Made by a program: the position numbers and the translations under genes. A stretch of DNA of 64,000 nucleotides from Candidatus Saccharimonadota bacterium (lineage in GTDB: Bacteria; Patescibacteriota; Saccharimonadia; Saccharimonadales; SZUA-47): assembly GCA_016700315.1 (NCBI GenBank), contig CP065013.1, forward strand, positions 65,449-129,448. The letters run 5' to 3'. Of the stretch, positions 60,884 through 64,000 are shown in pieces. The notes beneath the pieces were generated by a model. That model was given only the letters and a program-made list of their open reading frames with translations. It was not told the origin of the DNA and did not search any database. Numbering within the stretch: the first letter of the stretch is position 1; the number at the start of each line of letters is the position of its first letter.

Positions 60884-61543
60884 ATGGATCAGCAAAACAT
60901 ACACAGTACGCCACAGATGACACCAGTTGTTAATGGTCAAACGCAGCCACCTGCTAGTAACAAAACTAGCCGCGAGGGTAAGAAAAATATTATTTCGACG
61001 GTTCTGGCACTTGTACTGGCACCGCTCTTGGCCGTTTTCTTAACATCTTACGTTTTTCATTCCTATGAAGTTTTTGGCCCAAGCATGCAACCAACACTTG
61101 AACAAGGTGATCGATTAATAGTACTAAAAGCTCCCCGTACGTGGGCTAAGATTACCGGTAAGCAGTTTATGCCGAAGCGCGGCCAAATTGTAGTTTTTGA
61201 CAAACCCGACCTGCTTATTGGTGGAGAGCACGGTAAACAATTAATCAAGAGAGTGATTGGTTTGCCAGGCGATCGAGTTGTTGTCGCTGGTGGTAAGATT
61301 ACTGTTTATAACAACGATCACCCAGAGGGTTATGACGTAGATAAAGACACTGATTACGGAGATAAAATTCCAGAAACTGAAGGTAATGACGACCGTATAA
61401 TACCTGAGGGCGAAGTCTATGTAAGTGGAGATAATCGCCAAAACTCGCTAGATTCACGCTCGTTTGGTTCAATCAAAACCAGCTACATCGTTGGGACCGC
61501 CGAGTATCGCCTTTTTCCTTTCAGCAAGCACCGTAGCTTCTAG
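60884..61543 (+). CDS. lepB: signal peptidase I
   Basis: GPSMQPTLEQGDRLIV (catalytic Ser), KRVIGLPGD (Lys) and SGDNRQNSLDSR are present. First ATG at 60884; the track starts at a TTG, 60863. Confidence 0.85.
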   Translation: MDQQNIHSTPQMTPVVNGQTQPPASNKTSREGKKNIISTVLALVLAPLLAVFLTSYVFHSYEVFGPSMQPTLEQGDRLIVLKAPRTWAKITGKQFMPKRGQIVVFDKPDLLIGGEHGKQLIKRVIGLPGDRVVVAGGKITVYNNDHPEGYDVDKDTDYGDKIPETEGNDDRIIPEGEVYVSGDNRQNSLDSRSFGSIKTSYIVGTAEYRLFPFSKHRSF

Positions 61544-61607
61544 CAGCTATTATAATCATTTTTCTACGATGACTACTTTGATTGTACGGTTCTGCCTCTT
61601 GCAAGCC

Positions 61608-63374
61608 TTAACGAGACGCTAAAAATACCTTGTTTGAATCAAGTGACCTATTTAAGACTTCGGCTGAGGTGAGCCTAGCGAAGTTGGCATAGCCGCCGAT
61701 GTGAGCTAGGTTAGTTAGACCTTCGGCTGAGGTGAGCCTATCGAAGTAGGCATCGCCGCCGATGTGAGCTAGGTTAGTTAGACCTTCGGCTGAGGTGAGC
61801 CTATCGAAGTAGGCATCGCCGCCGATGTGAGCTAGGTTAGTTAGACCTTCGGCTGAGGTGAGCCTAGCGAAGTTGGCATAGCCGCCGATGTGAGCTAGGT
61901 TAGTTAGACCTTCGGCTGAGGTGAGCCTAGCGAAGTTGGCATAGCCGCCGATATGAGCTAGGTTAGTTAGACCTTCGGCTGAGGTGAGCCTATCGAAGTT
62001 GGCATAGCTGCCGATGTGAGCTAGGTTTGTTAGACCTTCGGCTGAGGTGAGCCTATCGAAGTAGGCATCGCCGCCGATGTGAGCTAGGTTAGTTAGACCT
62101 TCGGCTGAGGTGAGCCTATCGAAGTTGGCATCGCCGCCGATGTGAGCTAGGTTAGTTAGACCTTCGGCTGAGTTGAGCCTAGCGAAGTTGGCATAGCCGT
62201 TTATCGTTCTAACTCCTTCAAGTATTAGAGCAAGAAGCTCGTTACTATTACCAAAGTAATTAACATCTACATTTGAATTATTGATTATGTCTGCTAAATT
62301 ACTTGGCCGACTAGATAGATCGTATTCGTCACTGAAACTAAGGCTGCCAAACAATACGTCTGACGCATCGAGATTTGCTAGCTTTTCCAGTTCGACCAGC
62401 TGACCCTGCCGCGTGAGTAACGTGTTTTCTGGTAGTTTAATATCCAGCACTTTAGGAGGCTTTTCATCTCTCGCAAGCTTGCTCATTAGTACCCCCAGAC
62501 CAGCAAAAACCTCCTCCCAATTTTGGCCACCAACAACCACAGCTTTATTGTCGCTAGTCTTGATCTGCTTTATGCTGTGGCTTGCAACGACATATTCGAT
62601 AGAATAGTGCTGACTAGAAGCATCAGCCTGATTTACTCGTATCGAGAAGAACCTTGCTTTGCCAACTTCAAGAGCTTTAGAGTAGGAGGTAGACGTACCG
62701 ATACAGTGACCGGTTACAACCGACTCTTGGGCTAAATGTTCTTTAGTAGTAAGCTCTACAAGACTGAATGAGTCACTTTCGTGGATTAAGCTAGGTTCGG
62801 CACCTTCGGCGTTGGCGGCATTGCGCCTAGCTTCGGCAATCCTTTGCTCGGTTACCGCATTGTGGCGTGCTATAAGCTTGCCTATGCCACCGTTATTTTT
62901 GGCTGCTTTCGGAGCAGTGGCTGGGGCGATGCAACCTAAAGTTTCAGAACTCAGCTCAGTCAAAGGAACTTTGAACCACTCAACTACGCTTGCTCGTTTT
63001 TTGGCGATGCTCTTGCTGGTGGCAGCAGGATTGCTTACATAGGCTAGTAGCCCTTCGATTATGGAGTCGGCTATAGTTGAAGAATCGGCTACATCCTCAT
63101 TTGCCTGACTACCGTCAAGGACTGATTCGATAAAGTACTGCGCAATTTTATGAGCTAGCAGCCTTCTACGCTCACCTTTTGTTTCTCCGTTATTATCTGA
63201 GCCTAGGAACTCACCAACATATGTCATATTGCGCTGCGCAGTGTACTCTACGAGTTGGTCGCGCTCAGCCAGTGTCCCAACTACTTCATCTGTAAGTTTT
63301 TCAACCGAACCTAGGAATGCTAACTGCTCAGGGGTCAAAGCTTCGATTGATGGCAATATGGATGTCATGGTCAT
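61608..63374 (-). CDS. PcfJ-like domain protein fused to a C-terminal array of 21-aa leucine-rich repeats
   Basis: 588 aa. The central segment LAQESVVTGHCIGTSTSYSKALEVGKARFFSIRV...HYSIEYVV..IKQIKTSDNKAV fits my memory of the PcfJ-like motif. The C-terminus has 8 full LTSAEGLTNLAHIGGxAxFxR units. Confidence 0.6.
   Translation of the reverse strand: MTMTSILPSIEALTPEQLAFLGSVEKLTDEVVGTLAERDQLVEYTAQRNMTYVGEFLGSDNNGETKGERRRLLAHKIAQYFIESVLDGSQANEDVADSSTIADSIIEGLLAYVSNPAATSKSIAKKRASVVEWFKVPLTELSSETLGCIAPATAPKAAKNNGGIGKLIARHNAVTEQRIAEARRNAANAEGAEPSLIHESDSFSLVELTTKEHLAQESVVTGHCIGTSTSYSKALEVGKARFFSIRVNQADASSQHYSIEYVVASHSIKQIKTSDNKAVVVGGQNWEEVFAGLGVLMSKLARDEKPPKVLDIKLPENTLLTRQGQLVELEKLANLDASDVLFGSLSFSDEYDLSSRPSNLADIINNSNVDVNYFGNSNELLALILEGVRTINGYANFARLNSAEGLTNLAHIGGDANFDRLTSAEGLTNLAHIGGDAYFDRLTSAEGLTNLAHIGSYANFDRLTSAEGLTNLAHIGGYANFARLTSAEGLTNLAHIGGYANFARLTSAEGLTNLAHIGGDAYFDRLTSAEGLTNLAHIGGDAYFDRLTSAEGLTNLAHIGGYANFARLTSAEVLNRSLDSNKVFLASR
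61659..62205 (-). repeat. about 8.7 x 63-nt near-identical tandem repeat (coding LRR units)
   Basis: The unit start ttcggctgagg recurs at 61659, 61722, 61785, 61848, 61911, 61974, 62037, 62100 and 62163, an exact 63-nt spacing. Confidence 0.9.
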
Positions 63375-63401
63375 TGCTTAATCACTGGCTCCGAAGTAAA
63401 A

Positions 63402-63863
63402 TTAGTACACTCCCAGTCGAGGGTTAGCTCCGGGCGAGTCCTTGCAGCTCGATAAGATCAGAGTTGCTGTGTGGTATCGTAGATCATCTGTAAGTGGCTG
63501 CAAGAATACTAGTGATGACACAGCCATTCCAGCCCCTACCGATATGCATGCTGACGACACTACCTTTCGCTGGTGATCAATAATTTCACCAAGGTTCCCT
63601 TCGTAGTTCGGAAAAAAATGTACAGCGTCATTATCTACAAAAGCTCTTGGAGTATGGGGTGGGTGCTGCACACTATTGCCATGCATTCTCTCAAAAATAC
63701 TTGGCTCGAGTGAGCCTAAAAACGGAAGTTCTACGATTTCACAAGGGTTACCTAAAACCAGCCCAAAAAGACGCCCTGCAATCTCAGCCTCATTACTACT
63801 TGGACCATAAAGCTTAGAAATCTCAACTCTGTCCAGAGTCTGGTTTGGAATAATAGCAAACAT
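63402..63863 (-). CDS. hypothetical protein
   Basis: 153-aa ORF ending 27 nt upstream of the PcfJ-like/LRR gene start, so probably co-transcribed with it. No recognised domain. Confidence 0.45.
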   Translation of the reverse strand: MFAIIPNQTLDRVEISKLYGPSSNEAEIAGRLFGLVLGNPCEIVELPFLGSLEPSIFERMHGNSVQHPPHTPRAFVDNDAVHFFPNYEGNLGEIIDHQRKVVSSACISVGAGMAVSSLVFLQPLTDDLRYHTATLILSSCKDSPGANPRLGVY

Positions 63864-63920
63864 ATATAATATTATACTTCATTATAGGTAAAATGTAAAT
63901 TAAATTATCCTGATAGAACG

Positions 63921-64000
63921 CTACCGTAGGAGCATCCTTTTGAGCTTGGCTAGTTCGGCATCATTTTTGTATGCAATGGCTACTATCCCACCGCGTTTTT
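63921..64000 (-). CDS. 3' end of an unidentified gene entering from the right edge
   Basis: Open minus-strand frame from the window edge: ...KRGGIVAIAYKNDAELAKLKRMLLR, then TAG at 63921-63923. Too short to identify. Confidence 0.25.
   Translation of the reverse strand, partial: KRGGIVAIAYKNDAELAKLKRMLLR

Noticed and set aside
61659-62205. A regularly spaced repeat array that a CRISPR finder might flag.
   Set aside because: The period is 63 nt with no unique spacers: the whole unit repeats. It lies inside a long open reading frame encoding 21-aa LRR units, and no cas genes are in the window.
1-64000. tRNA, rRNA, transposase or integrase genes, and prophage blocks.
   Set aside because: I scanned every spacer of about 75 nt or more by eye for T-arm (GGTTCGAATCC-like) and acceptor patterns and found none. 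No ORF has DDE, tyrosine-recombinase or serine-recombinase motifs. A tRNAscan-SE or Infernal run is still needed to be sure.

Overview
Compact, gene-dense and mostly minus-strand chromosomal segment dominated by housekeeping genes: glyQS (partial), recO, xseAB, rpmA, pyrG, ftsEX, prfB, secA, hpf, serS, rsmE, lysS, greA, proS, rseP, frr, tsf, rpsB, rpmE-prfA-prmC, htrA, lepB. The gene content suggests a small-genome CPR/Patescibacteria (Saccharibacteria-like) organism using the standard genetic code, since RF1 and RF2 are both present. Supporting signs are a monoderm envelope kit (sortase plus substrate, LCP, FtsEX plus CHAP hydrolase), a heliorhodopsin, many toxin-antitoxin pairs and almost no biosynthesis. 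This taxonomic call is inference only. I recognised no rRNA, tRNA, CRISPR array or intact transposase by eye.

Main observations:
(1) Spacers between same-strand genes are built from phase-locked heptanucleotide units. Examples are 58 consecutive 7-mers in one register at 15389-15794, 26 at 18619-18800, and 14 perfect CTACTAA copies at 43861-43958. The tracts often start exactly at a stop codon. The same heptamer families also occur in frame inside prfA, prmC and a broken methyltransferase.
(2) A heliorhodopsin carries a Lys/Ser/Thr-rich N-terminal extension.
(3) A histidine-kinase/receiver pair has both phospho-sites substituted (His to Asp, Asp to Glu).
(4) A PcfJ-like protein is fused to near-identical 63-nt LRR repeats that differ only at 3-4 codons.
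(5) There are two structured or small RNA candidates (42041-42165 on +, about 55243-55358 on -).
(6) A ProB-like kinase sits in the pyrH slot of the rpsB-tsf-frr cluster.
(7) A Trm11-like methyltransferase is split, and one small ORF has an in-frame TAG.

All family calls come from reading the translations. None was confirmed by a search.
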